Position numbers and translations under genes: made by a program. Source: Chiloscyllium plagiosum (lineage: Eukaryota). Taken from it: 64,000 nucleotides of DNA. A model generated the notes under the pieces. It saw only the letters and a program-made list of their open reading frames with translations, did not search any database and had not been told where the DNA came from. The stretch covers positions 86,206,056 to 86,270,055 of the forward strand of contig NC_057719.1 in the NCBI RefSeq assembly GCF_004010195.1, given 5' to 3'. Below, piece after piece: positions 1 to 12,866 of the stretch (its first letter is position 1; each line of letters starts with the position of its first letter).

Positions 1-625
1 AGATCAGAGAGCACTGGAATAGTTAAATATGGAGTTAACACACACATGGATGAGGGTTTCAGTATAAATGAGTCAGAGATGGAGTCTAGTAATGTCACTA
101 AGGTAGAAATGGGCTGTCTTTGTGATGCATAAAATATGTGGTCAGAAACCCAGCTTCTGACAGACAGCATGAATGGAAGCACATTCTAACCAAATCATTA
201 TACTGCCAATTTCTTTCCATCTTTTAGATTTTCAGAGAAAATTAAAGCAACATTTATACACAGCTACCCTGAGGCAAATATTTTGAATAATTCTACTGCC
301 TGTTTTCTCCAAAGCCAATCTCATGCAGTTGTTTAGCCAGAAACAAAACAGAGTGGTTTATTTTAAAGAACACATGCATTTTCTCTCATTCCCTCTCCTG
401 GGTAACCATTTCAGAAATAAAAATCAGTCTAATGCCACTGAGCAACTCTCCTGCTCTTTCTTCCAGTGGGGTTCCCTTAATCACTGTCCCTCTCACTTTC
501 TCAGTGCTTGTCAAGTCTTTCAGATAGTACTGACTCTATTATGTACTTCCAACATTTTTTGTGATTACTCAACAAAACTCTTTGTCACAACGGTTCACAG
601 AGAGCAGTGAGGTCAACTTATTTAC

Positions 626-726
626 CTGGGTACCATGCTGTCACACATGTAGGTCTCTCAGCTCCCATAACAAGGATCCTCTCCACCACACACTCAGTGC
701 AGTAACATCCTTTCTCATCAGCACAC
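626..726 (-). CDS. GANC: GANC coding exon (probably penultimate; final exon not found in window)
   Basis: (V)CADEKGCYCTECVVERILVMGAERPTCVTAWYP(G); 101 nt, phase 2 to 1, matches phase of previous exon. Confidence 0.88.
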
Positions 727-789
727 CTTAACAGAAAGAATAACAGTTACACAGTTTAGCCTTTTACAAAGGCAGTAAGCCTTAATGCT

Positions 790-1720
790 GAACAACAATT
801 TCATTTGCTTAGTGCCTTTAAGTTAATTAAATTACCAAGGTGCTTCATGGGATCATATAAAGCATGAAACTGAGCCACAATAGGAGGTATAAGGATAGAT
901 GACCAAAATCATGATCAAAAAAGTAGGTTTGAAGAAGTACCTTAAAGGAGGAAAGTGAGGTCGAGAAATAGAGCAGTGAAGGGTGGGAATTTAAAAGCTT
1001 CAGGCAGAGGCATTAGCATCATGGCTGCAAGAGTGGAGTAAATCTTATTTCGAATATACATCATGTGATTGTGGAGATCAAACAGATAGGCAAGGCCATG
1101 AGGGTTTTGAAAACAAGAATGAGAATTTCAAAATGTGCAGGTGCCAGTGTTAGACTTGGGTGGATAAGGTGAGAATTCACATAAGACCAGGTTATAGTTC
1201 AACAGGTTTATTTGAAATCAAAAGCTTTCAGAGCACTGCTCCTTTGTCAGGTGAAGTGACGACCAAGTCACCTTATGAAGGAGCAGCGCTCTGAAAGCTT
1301 GTGATTTCAAATAAACCTATTGGAGTGTAACTTGGTATCGTGTGGCTTCTGAGAATTTCAAAGTTAGACACTGTTTGACTGGATATCAAATGAAGTAACA
1401 CAGAAGTGATAGGGGAATGGAACATGCTGCAAATTAAGACAAGAACAGTGAGCCTGAATGATCTCAAGTTTACAGAGAATTGTATATGGGACGTCATACA
1501 TTGAATAGTCAAGTCTAGAGGTAAGAAAGGCGTAATAGTAAGGGTGTCAGTAGCAGATAAAACCACAGTAAAGTCAAGCAAAATTACAAATGGTGGAAAC
1601 GGATGATCCAAGGGATGGTTCGAAGCTCATCTTAGGGTCAGATGTGAAATCAAAAATGTAAGCAGACTACCTTAATCTCAGACTGTCGCCAGGAAGACAG
1701 GTGGTAGTTAGGGAATGGAG
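790..1720 (-). mobile_element. L2-type LINE 3' region, old, interrupted by the family B palindrome
   Basis: Minus-strand tail CCCATGAAGCACCTTGG...TTAAAGGCAC..AAATGAAATTGTTG; purine-rich plus strand. Confidence 0.5.
1135..1352. mobile_element. Inverted pair of family B termini (older)
   Basis: CCAGGTTATAGTTCAACAGGTTTATTTG ... CAAATAAACCTATTGGAGTGTAACTTGG with central degenerate CTGATGAAGGAGC..GAAAGC cores. Confidence 0.8.
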
Positions 1721-2691
1721 ATTAACAGGGATGATTCCACAGAATAATTCATGGAGGTCTTGATATCCTGATATGTTTTCCTCGCAAGGTTAATCCCCCT
1801 GATTAAATCAGTAAAGGTGCATGCAAGTGACACACAAGGTAGGGATACAGGAACAGGAGCACGTGATTTAACCCTCAGCGAGATCTGCCATTCAATTTGA
1901 TTATAGCTGATTTGCAATCTAACTCAATATATATGCCCTTGCCCTGTATTTCTCAAAACCTTTGTCAAAAATCCATCAATCTCAGATTTAAGATTAAGAT
2001 TCTCGAGCCCCATCAGCAGCCCCAACTGGTCCCAAGGTTCTTATAAACCAGTTTACCAGTTAAATCAGTAAAACTGATCTCATGGGTTCAATTGCTAGTC
2101 CATACAAAATTAACTGAGATCAATTGAAACAGCAGGAAAGGGTCTTATTGGGTGTAATTAGAAATAGGGCAAGGTGAAACAGTCACCCTAGCATCTCTGT
2201 GGACAGAGTTTCAGTCTGTGTATGACCTTGGCTGTGATTTCTATGAATATTCAGTGTCTTGGCTCACAAATGGCTTGGTCTAGATACCAGAAACCAGTTG
2301 GTGTCCATAGAACACAACTCCAGCAACAAGTAATAAGGGATGAAAACAGGCAAAAGCAAAGTATAAAAAACATTATATTTTGTTGTCAGCAGAGTCAAAA
2401 TAATAACAATTACTAAGTATTCCAATAGTTTTTACCTCAGCACCACCTCCTATGGAATAATTTACTTCAATTAATTGTCCCTGCTGAAACTGATGACACA
2501 ACCAGATTTTAATGTAGCTGAAATTCCAAAAACTGGTGTCGCCCAGAACCACTAATCTTTGTAGTAGAAAGACAAATTAACTGGCTCTTCACATCAATGT
2601 CAGCATTGCTCGAGCAATCCAACATATACCTTCTCTTTTCCATTATCCATGTAACTCCCTTGCTTTCAGTATATACAACACTGGCATTTAC

Positions 2692-3185
2692 CTGACAAAT
2701 GGTATGCTAGTCTTCATTACAACAGGATTTGAGTACAGGAGCAGGGATGCCTCACAGCAATTATACAGGGTCTTGGTTGGACCACACCTGGAGTATTTTA
2801 TGCAGGTTTTGTCTCTTTATCTGAGGAAGAATTTTCTGGCTATGAAGGTAGTGCAATGGAGGTTTTTTAGATTGATTCCTGGTATGACAAGACTGACGTC
2901 TGAAGGAAGACTGGATCAGTTAGGACCATATTCACTGGAATTTAGAAGAATGAGAGAGATCTCATGAAAATCTTAAAAGTTTTAACAAGACTAGACAGGG
3001 TAGATGCAGAAAGGATTTTCCCAATGACCGAGGGTCACAATCCATGGATATAGGGTAAATCATTTTGGATTGAAATGAGGAGAAATCTCTTCACCCAGAG
3101 AACAGTGAGATGACGGAATTATTGCTGAATTGGGAAGCAGGCTCGAAGGGCTGAATAACCTACTCTTGTTTCTATTTTACATGTT
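2692..3185 (+). mobile_element. CR1 LINE 3' end
   Basis: LYRVLVGPHLEY..Q; tail GGCTCGAAGGGCTGAATAACCTACTC. Confidence 0.85.
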
Positions 3186-3577
3186 TCTGTGTTAATTGTA
3201 AAATTGCTTATGTATGTCCTGTACACAAAAAGGAAACCAAGTCCAACTTGGCCAATTACTGTCTACAGTTGTTCAGCAGTAAAAGTGATGCAAGGGGTCA
3301 TTGACATGCTTTCAAGGGATGTCTGCAAAAAGTAATCTGCTTATTGAACCTCAGTCAGGATTCCAGTAGGAGCACTCAGCTCATGATCTCATTACAGCCT
3401 TGATCCAAACACAGAAAAAGTAGCTGAACTCCAGAGGTGATGTGAGAGCTAACTTCACATCAAAGCAGAATTTGACCAAGGATGACAGAGCCCCAGAAAG
3501 TTGGATATGAAGGGGAATCAGAGCAAACTTTCCACTGCTTGGAGTCATAGCTAGCATGTAGGAAGATAGTTGCTGGA

Positions 3578-5557
3578 GGCTGCTGGTTACTCGCGGACAT
3601 CTCCTCCAACTGCCCCCTTGACCATGACCCCACTTCCAACCACCAAACCATCATCTCCCAGACCATCCATAACCTCATCGCCTCAGGGGATCTCCCATCC
3701 ACCGCCTCCAACCTCATAGTCCCACAACCCCGCACCGCCTGTTTCGACCTCCTGCCCAAAATCCACAAACCTGACTGCCCCGGCCGATCCATTGTCTCAG
3801 CCTGCTCCTGCCCCACCGGACTCACCTCTGCATACCTCGACACGGTCCTGTCCTCTTAGTCCAAGAACTCCCCACCTACGTTCAGGACACCACCCACTCC
3901 CTCCACCTCCTCCATGATTTTCGCTTCCCCGGCCCCCAACGTCTTATTTTCACCATGGACGTCCAGTCCCGATACACCTCCATCCCCCATCACGAAGGCC
4001 TCAATGCCCTCCGCTTCTTCCTTTCCCGCCGACCCAACCAGTACCTTTCCACTGACACCCTCCTTCGACTGACTGAACTGGTCCTCACTCTGAACAACTT
4101 CTCTTTCCAATCCTCCCACTTCCTCCAAACCAAAGGAGTAGCCATGGGCACTCGCATGTGACCCAGCTATGCCTGCCTCTTCATCAGATATGTAGAACAG
4201 TCCATCTTCCGCAGCTACACTGGCACCACCCCCTACCTTTTCCTCCGCTACATCGATGACTGTATCAAAGCTACGTCATGCTCCCACGAGGAGGTTGAAC
4301 AGTTCATCCACTTTACTAACACCTTCCACCCGACCTCAAATTTACCTGGACCATCTCAGACTCCGCCCTCCCCTTCCTAGACCTCTCCATTTCTATCTTG
4401 GGCGACCGACTCAACACGGACATTTACTATAAATCGACCGACTCCCACAGCTACCTAGATTACACCTCCTCCCACCCTGCCCCCTGTAAAAACGTCATCC
4501 CATATTCCCAATTCCTTCGCCTCCGCCGCATCTGCTCCCAGGAGGACCAATTCCAATACCAAACAACCCAGATGGCCTCCTTCTTCAAAGACCGCAATTT
4601 CCCCTCAGATGTGGTTGATGACGCTCTCCACCGCATCTCCTCCACTTCCTGCTCCTCCGCCCTTAAACTCCGCACCTCCAATCGCCACCAGGACAGAACC
4701 CCACTGGTCCTCATCTACCTCCCCACCAACCTCCAGATACATTGTATCATCTGTCGTCATTTCCGTCATCTCCAAACAGACCCCAGCACCAAGGATATAT
4801 TTCCGACCCCTCCCCTATCAGCGTTCCGGAAAGATCACTCCCTCCACGACTCCCTCGTCAGGTCCACACCCCCCACCAACCCAATCTCCACTCCCGGCAC
4901 CTTCCCCTGCAACCGCAAGAAATGCAAAACTTCCGCCCACACCTCCCCCTTCACTTCCCTCCAATGCCCCAAGGAATCGCTCCATATCCATCACAAATTC
5001 ACCTGCACCTCCACACACATCATTTACTGCATCCGCTGCACTCGATGTGGCCTCCTCTACATTGGGGAGACAGGCCACCTGCTTGTGGAACGTGGTCCTT
5101 GGCCTCCTCCATCGCCAGACCATGGCAACACGACACCTGGAGGAACAGCACCTCATCTCCCGCCTCGGAACCCTCCAACCACAAGGGATGAATGCAGATT
5201 TCTCCAGCTTCCTCATTTCCCCTCCCCCCACCTTATCTTAGTCCCAACCCTCAGACTGATCACTGCCTTCCTGACCTGCAATCTTCTTCCCAACCTCTCC
5301 ACCCCCACCCCCTCTCCGGCCTATCACCCTCACCTTAACCTCCTTCCACCTATCGCATTCCCAATGCCCCTCCCCCAAGTACCTCCTCTCTACCTTTTAT
5401 CTTAGCCTGCTTGGCACACCTTTTCTCATTCCTGAAGAAGGGCTTATGCCCAAAACGTTGATTCTCCTGCTCCTTGGATGCTGCCTGACCTGCTGCGCTT
5501 TTCCAGCAACACATTTTTCAGCTCTGATCTCCAGCATCTGCAGTCCTCACTTTCTCC
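3578..5557 (+). mobile_element. Penelope-like retroelement (RT + GIY-YIG endonuclease), 5'-truncated and decayed; family A 3' terminus
   Basis: RT motifs MDVQSRYTSIP, QTKGVAMGT, LRYIDD; GIY-YIG IIYCIRCTRCGLLYIGETG; stop at ~4159, frameshift at ~4330, apparent deletion at ~5092; inserted into an older LINE. Confidence 0.9.
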
Positions 5558-5723
5558 CAGGAGGTCAATCATTTCAACTTCAGGATATCAATGCAGGAAT
5601 TCCTCAGGATCATGTCCTTGGTCCAACCATCTTCTGCTGATTCATCAATGACCTTCTCTCCATCAAAAGCTCAAGTGGAGATGTTCACTGATGATTGCAC
5701 AATGTCCATCTCTCCCCAGAAGT

Positions 5724-6045
5724 GATTAGATTTAGATTAGATTAGATTACAGTGTGGAAACAGGCCCTTCGGCCCAACAAGTCCACACCGACCCGCCGAA
5801 GCGAAACCCACCCATACCCCTACATTTACCCCTTTCCTAACACTACGGGCAATTTAGTATGGCCAATTCACCTGACCCTGCACATCTTTGGACTGTGGGA
5901 GGAAACCGGAGTACCCGGAGGAAACCCACGCAGACACGGGGAGAATGTGCAAACTCCACACAGTCAGTCGCCTGAGGCGGGAATTGAACCCGGGTCTCTG
6001 GCGCTGTGAGGCAGCAGTGCTAACCACTGTGCCACCGTGCCGCCC
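5724..6045 (-). mobile_element. HE1-type tRNA-derived V-SINE, full length, young
   Basis: Head GGGCGGCACGGTGGCACAGTGG (A box), GGTTCAATTCC (B box), V-like core, CR1-like tail GGGCCGAAGGGCCTGTTTCC, (TCTAA)n end. Confidence 0.9.
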
Positions 6046-6059
6046 ACTTTCTTTTTCAA

Positions 6060-6266
6060 ACTTACTGCGTCACTATCTCCCTGAACCCTCACACTTACTG
6101 CGTCACCAACTCCCTGATCCCCTCACACTTACTGCGTCACTATCACCCTGATTCCATCACACTTACTGCGTCACTATCTCCCTGACCCCTGTACACTTAC
6201 AGTGTCACTATCACTCTGACCCCATCACACTTACTGCGTCACAATCTCCCTGATCCCTTCACACTT
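6060..6266. repeat. Minisatellite, 6 units of 33-34 bp (ACTTACTGCGTCACTATCTCCCTGACCCCTCAC-like)
   Basis: Unit starts at 6060, 6093, 6127, 6161, 6195, 6229, partial at 6263. Confidence 0.92.
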
Positions 6267-7099
6267 AGATTAGATTAGACCAATTCTGCTAAATCTCAAT
6301 TCCTATTTCCTTCACTCTCCTCTGCAAACTTCCTGAACTTAGGTCTGCTGATTCTCCCTTCACTGACCACCAAACAACACTCTATCACCCATTCCCCAGT
6401 CCCGAGGCAATTCACTGACCACCTACAATTCCAAGTCACCCAGATTTTTCTTACCTGTCCAAGGATCAACCTGCTCCTTGGTCATTTTACTTTCCCTTCA
6501 AATCCAACCCTATAAGTCTCCCTACTTTTTAACTCTCTTCCTCTTACCCCAGAGTCCCAGTTTGAGTCATCCACATATAGAACTACTCTGATGTGGCAGC
6601 TCCTGTTGACAAAAGAACTGAAAGGGGAGAGCAAAGTTCCCCTAGGTTACCAGCATTAGTCACCAGGAGATAAATGGCCTAATCTGGGAATCCTTAGCAA
6701 TCCAGGATGTTAAACAATACTAGAGTGAACTATCTTAGCTGGCTTTTCATTATTACCCATCAAATTCTGGGGGTTTCTAAATGGTTGAGGAGGGGCTTGT
6801 TAATCACACTTGCTGGATAACATTTGCTTCGTCTATTGCTGACCCCAGATAAGTCTGTTCTTTGTAAGGACCCTTCCCTTCTTGAAAGATTAAATCCTTA
6901 TTATTTCCGTGGCAGATCAAAGACTCTGAAATTTTACTGACATCATCAATGCTACCTAAAGTTCAATTTCTACAACAACGTACATCGCCACCACACGTTG
7001 ACACTAAGACTCTTGGAATGCTTTCTCATCTTAGAGTTCAAAGTGGGGTTATGAGATGTGACTGAGATTCTGGGAGAAGTTGGCTTGGACACTATAACT

Positions 7100-8725
7100 G
7101 AGAAGGGGTTTGCGGGAGACCCGGTCCTCAATAGGAGGAAGAGCATCCAACAGAGTGAGAGTGACAAGTGACTGAGGAGGACTCTGGGAGATTCTGAGAG
7201 TGTTCTTTCCTACCGGCAAATAAAGGGAGGCAACTCAAATGGGAACAGCCAATTTGAAGAGTGGTCGGTGAGGTCAAAATGCTGCTGTCAAGGTGAAAAT
7301 GTGTGCTTTGGTGAACTTCAGAAGTGATGTCAGGCTTCACTGAGGAGGCCGAGCAGCATCAAGATACGGCCTTAGGCCTTCCCTTTTCTTTTAATCCAAT
7401 GATTACTAGAGGTGTAGTAATGGCAATTTGCAGAGTGTAATGCTCCTCCTGCGAGATGTGGGAGATAGGGGGGAGTCAAATGTCCCTGACATCTTTGTCT
7501 GCAGGCAATGTGTCTACCCACAGCTCCTCTCAGACCGTATGGATCAGTTGGAGCAGCAAAACATACTCACTGAGGAGCATACAGGAGGCAGGAAGTTTTA
7601 CATATAGGAGTTTCAGGTTCAACCAGGTAGATGGGGGATCACCAGCAAGGTCAGGCAGACAGTGCAGGAGCCACCTGTGGCCATTTCTATCTCAAACAAG
7701 AATACTGTTTTGGATACTATTGCAGGGGGATGGCTTCACAAGAGAAAGGCATAGCAGCAGCCAGATCCTTGGCACTGTGATTGGCTGTGTACAGCAGTGA
7801 GGGTTGAAGTGCAGGTGAATGGTCATAATAGGGCACTCTATAATCAGGGGTGCTCCTGTGGCTGTGAGTGAGGCACCAGGACGGTGTGTTGTCTCCCTGG
7901 TGTCAGGGTCAAAAACATCTCTGAGAGGCACTGTTCATTCTGAGAGGGAAGGGTGAGAAGCCATATGCATTCCAGGGAGAGAAATGCAAGTATTCAGTAA
8001 ATAGCAGGGCCCTTAGGAGCATTGCTGTACAGAGGGATCTTGCGGTACAAGTCCACAGCACCCTGAAAGTGGTAACACACGTAGATAAGGTGGAAAAGAA
8101 GGTGCACAGCTTGCTTGCCTTCGTTGGTTGGGGCATTTAATATTAAAGTTGGCAAGTCATGTTGCAGCTGTATAAAACTTCAGTTAGGCCACATTTGGAG
8201 TACTGTGTACAGGTCTTGTCATCAAACTATAGGAAGCACATGTAGGCTTTGGAGAGGGTGTAAAAGAGGTTTACCAGAATACTGTCTAGATTGGAGTGCA
8301 TGAGCTATATGGAGAGGTTGGACAAACCAAGGTCATTTTAACTAGAGTCAGAGGAGCGACATGATAGAAGTATCTAAGATTATGAGAGGCACGGAAAGGG
8401 TGGATAGTTGCAGTCTTTTTCCCAGGGTGGAAATGTTAAATACGGGGGGAATAGGTTTAAAGTGAGATAGTGTTGGGGGGAGAGGTTAAAGGAGATGTGC
8501 GAGGCAAGTTGTTCACACAGAAGGTGGTAGGTGCTGGGAAAGCACTGCCTGGGAAGATGGTAGGAGCAAATATGACAGCAATATTAAGCAGATACGAGAA
8601 CAGACAGGGAACAAAGCCATACAGGCCATATGCAGGCAGATGAGATTTGTTCAGAATGGCATCATAGTCGGCAGAGACATGGTGGGCCAAAGGGCCTGCT
8701 CTTCTGCTGTGCTGTTCTATGCTCT
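7100..8725 (+). mobile_element. Internally deleted CR1: 5' region/ORF1 (zinc finger + esterase remnants) joined to ORF2 3' end
   Basis: CSSCEMWE..CRQC..QLLSDRMDQLEQQ (~7441-7560); VIIGHSIIRG and CCLPGVRVKNISER (~7822-7930); RT C-terminus from ~7980; 5' boundary uncertain. Confidence 0.75.
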
Positions 8726-8726
8726 A

Positions 8727-9120
8727 AGAAATGAAGTGATCTCACTGAAACATATAAAATTTTTAAGGGGTTTGGCTGATTAACTGCTGAGAGCATGTTT
8801 CCCCTCATGGCACAGTCTAGGACCAGAGGGCACTGTTTCAGAAAAAAAGAGACACCAATTTAAGATTGAGATGAGGAGGAACTTTTTCTCTCAGATGGTT
8901 GAGAGTCTTTGGAACTCCTTGCCAAACAGACCTGTGGGGGCAAAGTACTTGTGGCTATTTAAGGGTGAGATAAAATTCTTGGTTGGGGAATCAAGGATTA
9001 TGGGTAAAGGGCAGGCAGGTGGATGTGAGGCATGCAGTATTAGCTATGATCCTAATGAATGGTGGAGCAGGCTCGAGGGGCCAACAGCCTATTCCCATTT
9101 TTATTTCTTCCACTCTTATG
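8727..9120 (+). mobile_element. CR1 LINE 3' end (second subfamily)
   Basis: MRRNFFSQMV..LWNSLP; tail GGAGCAGGCTCGAGGGGCC. Confidence 0.85.
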
Positions 9121-9171
9121 GACCTTAAGTGGCGTGTGTTCAGTTTGCAATGAAAAAATTGTTGGCCTACT

Positions 9172-9394
9172 CTAGGTGCTCCAGTTTCCTCCCATAATCC
9201 GAAGATGTGCAGGTTAGGTGAACTGGCCATGCTAAATAGCCCCAGAGTGTTCAGGAGTGTGCAGGTTAGGTGCATTTGTCAGGGATAATTATGGATCAAT
9301 AGGGTAGGGATCTGGGTGGGTTACTCTTCGGGGGGGAGGGGGAGTTGTTGTGGGCTTGTTGGGCCGAAGGGCCTGTTTCCACACTGCAGGGATT
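9172..9394 (+). mobile_element. HE1-type SINE 3' half
   Basis: GGTGCTCCAGTTTCCTCCCA...GGGCCGAAGGGCCTGTTTCCACACTG. Confidence 0.8.
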
Positions 9395-9953
9395 TGAAAA
9401 TAAAGGACTGTGCATTATATTTGACAAATGGGCAGCCTAATGTAAGGTGTGACCGGTCAAACATGGAAAGTGTTCTTCTCGATGAAAATTTATTTTATTA
9501 CTATGATATGTAAATTACTGCTGTAGAAATTGTGACTTGATTTTATTTCTCCGCAAGACTCTCATCTTATAAAAGGACATTAGTGTCCACCTTCACTTTA
9601 GAAAATGATTTCATGCTGAACCGAGTAATAGTTGCAGTAGGTTAGATGGACTTCAGATTGATATGACAGGTCGGCGCAACATCGAGGGCTGAAGGGCCTG
9701 TACTGCGCTGTAATGTTCTAATTTAGAAATAGCCATCATAAAAACTCTACTATTAAAAGGAGTCCTTTTGGTTACATGCTTTATAAATATTACCCTTGAG
9801 GTAATACTGTTCCAGATGTGCTTCCTCATGATGATCAAAGACTATTAATAGCTAGCATTACCTAACAAGTAAAAGCACTTTCGAGAAGTTGAGATTTTTA
9901 TCCAAAATTCTTAAGTGAGTGACATTGAAAGCTGAGCTGCCAATAATACTCAC

Positions 9954-10066
9954 ACTGATGAAAATGTATTGTCCTTGAAGCTGAATTTTCTGAGTAAGAA
10001 TTGATTCTTACTTTTATAGTTGAATGAATGCCCATCATCGAGAAATAACATGCCTGTGGCTGAATT
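9954..10066 (-). CDS. GANC: GANC coding exon
   Basis: [37 protein letters not shown](V); LxLDDG motif; 113 nt, phase 0 to 2; GTGAGT donor. Confidence 0.92.
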
Positions 10067-11504
10067 CTACAAGAGAAGTAAAGAACAGTTCAGATGTAAA
10101 GCTGAAGAACTGATAACTAATAATTAATACTATTTGCTTCTGGCAGTTTCAATTTGTTTCTCCCTGGTTTACCACTTGTAAACTCCCAAACGCAGTTCAA
10201 TTGCATTGGCAGAGAGGGTTATAGGCTGAGAACATAACAAGCTGCACCAGATGCCCATTTGCAGCACATCAGTTCCTTGACAAAATGCTAATTTGGCATG
10301 AATCATACTTGCTCTGGATCTCCCAACTGCCATATTGAATACAGAAATGATATTGCATCTATTGAGCACATAAACCAAAAGTTTCCTCCAGCAGCAATTC
10401 ATTTTGCTGAGGATGATAAATAAAAATCTTAACTGGAGAAGAGAATGACTAACATAATTGTAGCTCTAACATCAGTAAGACAAGAAAAAGATCAAAATCA
10501 AAATTGAAAAACTAGAAACTGGAAATCTGAAATAAAACAGGAAGTGCTCGCAAATCTCAGAAAGTTAGGCAACATTTGTGGAAACAGAAACAGTGAATGT
10601 TTTGAAGTTCCACATCAGACTCAAAAGGTTAGCTCAGTTTCTCACTCCTCAGGTAGTGTAAGACGTGCTGAGTTTCTCCAGCACTTTCTGTTTTACATGA
10701 GAGATCAAAAACATCTATTTAAATCAATATTATTATCCTGTCTATTTAGAAAAGAACACTTGTTAGTCACTGAAAGGCAAATGATAATCCCATGATGCAA
10801 ATTGACTACAATTCTGTCAAATTCCAATAGTGATGAGATGCCATTATCCTGTAACTTCAAACCTTTCAATGTTCAGGTATTGCAGTCAACAAAAAGAACT
10901 CTGTTGTCCTAGCAGGGTCTGGTAACAAAGGAACAGTCATTAAAACTTGTAATATTTGTGTAAGTGCTAATAGCCTAATCTATCTCCCGAAATGAACAAT
11001 GGACTCTTGATCAGTGAGATAGAAACTATTCATTTAAATTGATGGGCCCATAACACAATCTTTTTGCATTTGAAAAGTTTTAAAATCATAATGTTCTGGA
11101 TTCTGAGCAATTTGGTTTTATACTGAAATGGAGAAGAGCAAGCTGCATTCCTAGGCTGATAGTTAAGTCAGTCTCAAATTCAAGTTTCCTTGAAACCTAG
11201 TTCTGGAAAGATTCTTGTATTCATCTGCAGGACAAACCTCTTCCCTATCTATTCCTGTATCATCCAACTTTAAATAAATCCTGCAACCTCTACTGTCAGT
11301 CATGTGGAAATCTCTGAACCTTAACTTCTGAATATGTTTATAATTGTAAAACTGTTTCCTTTCCTATTTAATTCTATGTGCCTTGTGTCCGTGTGCTGTG
11401 CATGTATGAAATTGCAATGGTCACCCTGGATTTCACAGGAGCGTTACGGTGCAGTAGGAGACTGTTTAGCCTATTGTGTCTGCTCCAACTCAGAAAATGA
11501 ACAT

Positions 11505-11830
11505 CAGTATCTATTGTAATATCTGTTTTTTTGCCATATCCTTGCAATTATTTCTAAACAAATAATTGTTCAATGTTTTCTTGAATGTGTCAACTGAACC
11601 TACCACCGCCAGCTGCGTATTCCACTCTATTTGCTGTGTGAAAATATTTGCTCCTGCTGCAGATCCTTTTAAGTCTGTACCTCTTGCTCTTATTCCTTTA
11701 AAGAGTGGGAACAACTTCTCCCTATCCAAGACAATCATAATTTTCAAAACCTCTAGCAGATTTCTTCTTAGCATTCTTCTCCCCAAAGAGAACAATTCCA
11801 TCTTCTCTTCAAAGAGAACAGACCCAATGC
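11505..11830 (-). mobile_element. CR1 3' fragment, old
   Basis: LFSLGRRMLRRNLLEVLKIM. Confidence 0.75.
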
Positions 11831-12051
11831 TTCAATCTATGATCATAACTGAAGTTTAGAATGTGAATAAAGGTTGATTTATACTGGAGAATTTGTTGTG
11901 AGTCACTTTTAAAATTAGCACTACCAAAAAGAAGTTTTGAAAACACACCAAAGCCTAATTGACATTAAACTCTGCTTAAGGACAGAAAATAAGGAGAATG
12001 AAGAGTTCTGACTGTCTCTGTCCTCTGTCTGTAACATGGCTCGGAGCACAC

Positions 12052-12360
12052 GGGGCGGCACGGTGGCACAGTGGTTAGCACTGCTGCCTCACAGCGCCTG
12101 AGACCCGGGTTCAATTCCCGCCTCAGGCGACTGACTGTGTGGAGTTTGCACGTTCTCCCCGTGTCTGCGTGGGTTTCCTCCGGGTGCTCCGGTTTCCTCC
12201 CACAGTCCAAAAGATGTGCAGGGTCAGGTGAATTGGCCATGCTAAATTGCCCGTAGTGTTAGGTAAGGGGTAAATGTAGGGGTATGGGTGGGTTTCGCTT
12301 CGGCGGGTCGGTGTGGACTTGTTGGGCCGAAGGGCCTGTTTCCACACTGTAATCTAATCT
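12052..12360 (+). mobile_element. HE1-type SINE, full length, young
   Basis: 6 differences from the 5724-6045 copy by manual alignment. Confidence 0.9.
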
Positions 12361-12531
12361 AAAAAAAAAAACAAAGATGCAGCCTGCTACTTACAATGTG
12401 GCTTATAGACCAAATATCCAATATCCGACAATCCATTCAAGAGCATTCCAGAGCAGAATTACTGCTTGGCAGTAATCCTGCTGACTACACATGAGATATG
12501 AGGGCAGACACAAATACAGACTTCTATCTTA

Positions 12532-12866
12532 GGGTGGCACGATGGCTCAGTGGTTAACACTGCTGCCTCACAGCACGCAGGTTCAATTCCACGCTTGAGC
12601 AATTGTCTGTGTGGAGTTTGCACATTCTCCCATGTTTGTGTGGGTTTCCTCTGGGTGCTGCGGTTTTCTCCCACAGTCCAAAGAAGTGCAGGTTAGGTGA
12701 ATTGCCATAGTGTTCAGGGGTGTGTAGATTAGGTTGGTTAGCTTCAGGAAATGCAGGGTTACAGGGATAGAGTAGGGTGGATGGTTCTAGGTGGGATGGT
12801 CTTCAGATGGTCAGCACAGACTTGCTGGGCTGAATGTCCCGTTTCCACACTGCATGGATTCTATGA
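12532..12866 (+). mobile_element. HE1-type SINE (older subfamily)
   Basis: Same head, core and tail motifs, diverged. Confidence 0.85.

Noticed and set aside
323..610. Short ORF-track entries in unique intronic DNA (this and many others)
   Set aside because: No recognisable domains; consistent with chance ORFs, repeat frames or antisense shadows of GANC exons.
4609..5241. Pro-rich 210-aa and 149-aa ORFs
   Set aside because: Alternative frames of the C-rich Penelope ORF.
6060..6266. CRISPR-like array
   Set aside because: Units are contiguous with no unique spacers, the context is eukaryotic, and there are no cas genes; it is a minisatellite.
9952..9955. Alternative overlapping GT donor 2 nt upstream
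   Set aside because: It would break phase with exon 626-726; GTGAGT at 9953 is the better consensus.
12052..12125. tRNA gene
   Set aside because: tRNA-like head continues directly into the SINE body; no Pol III terminator after an acceptor stem.
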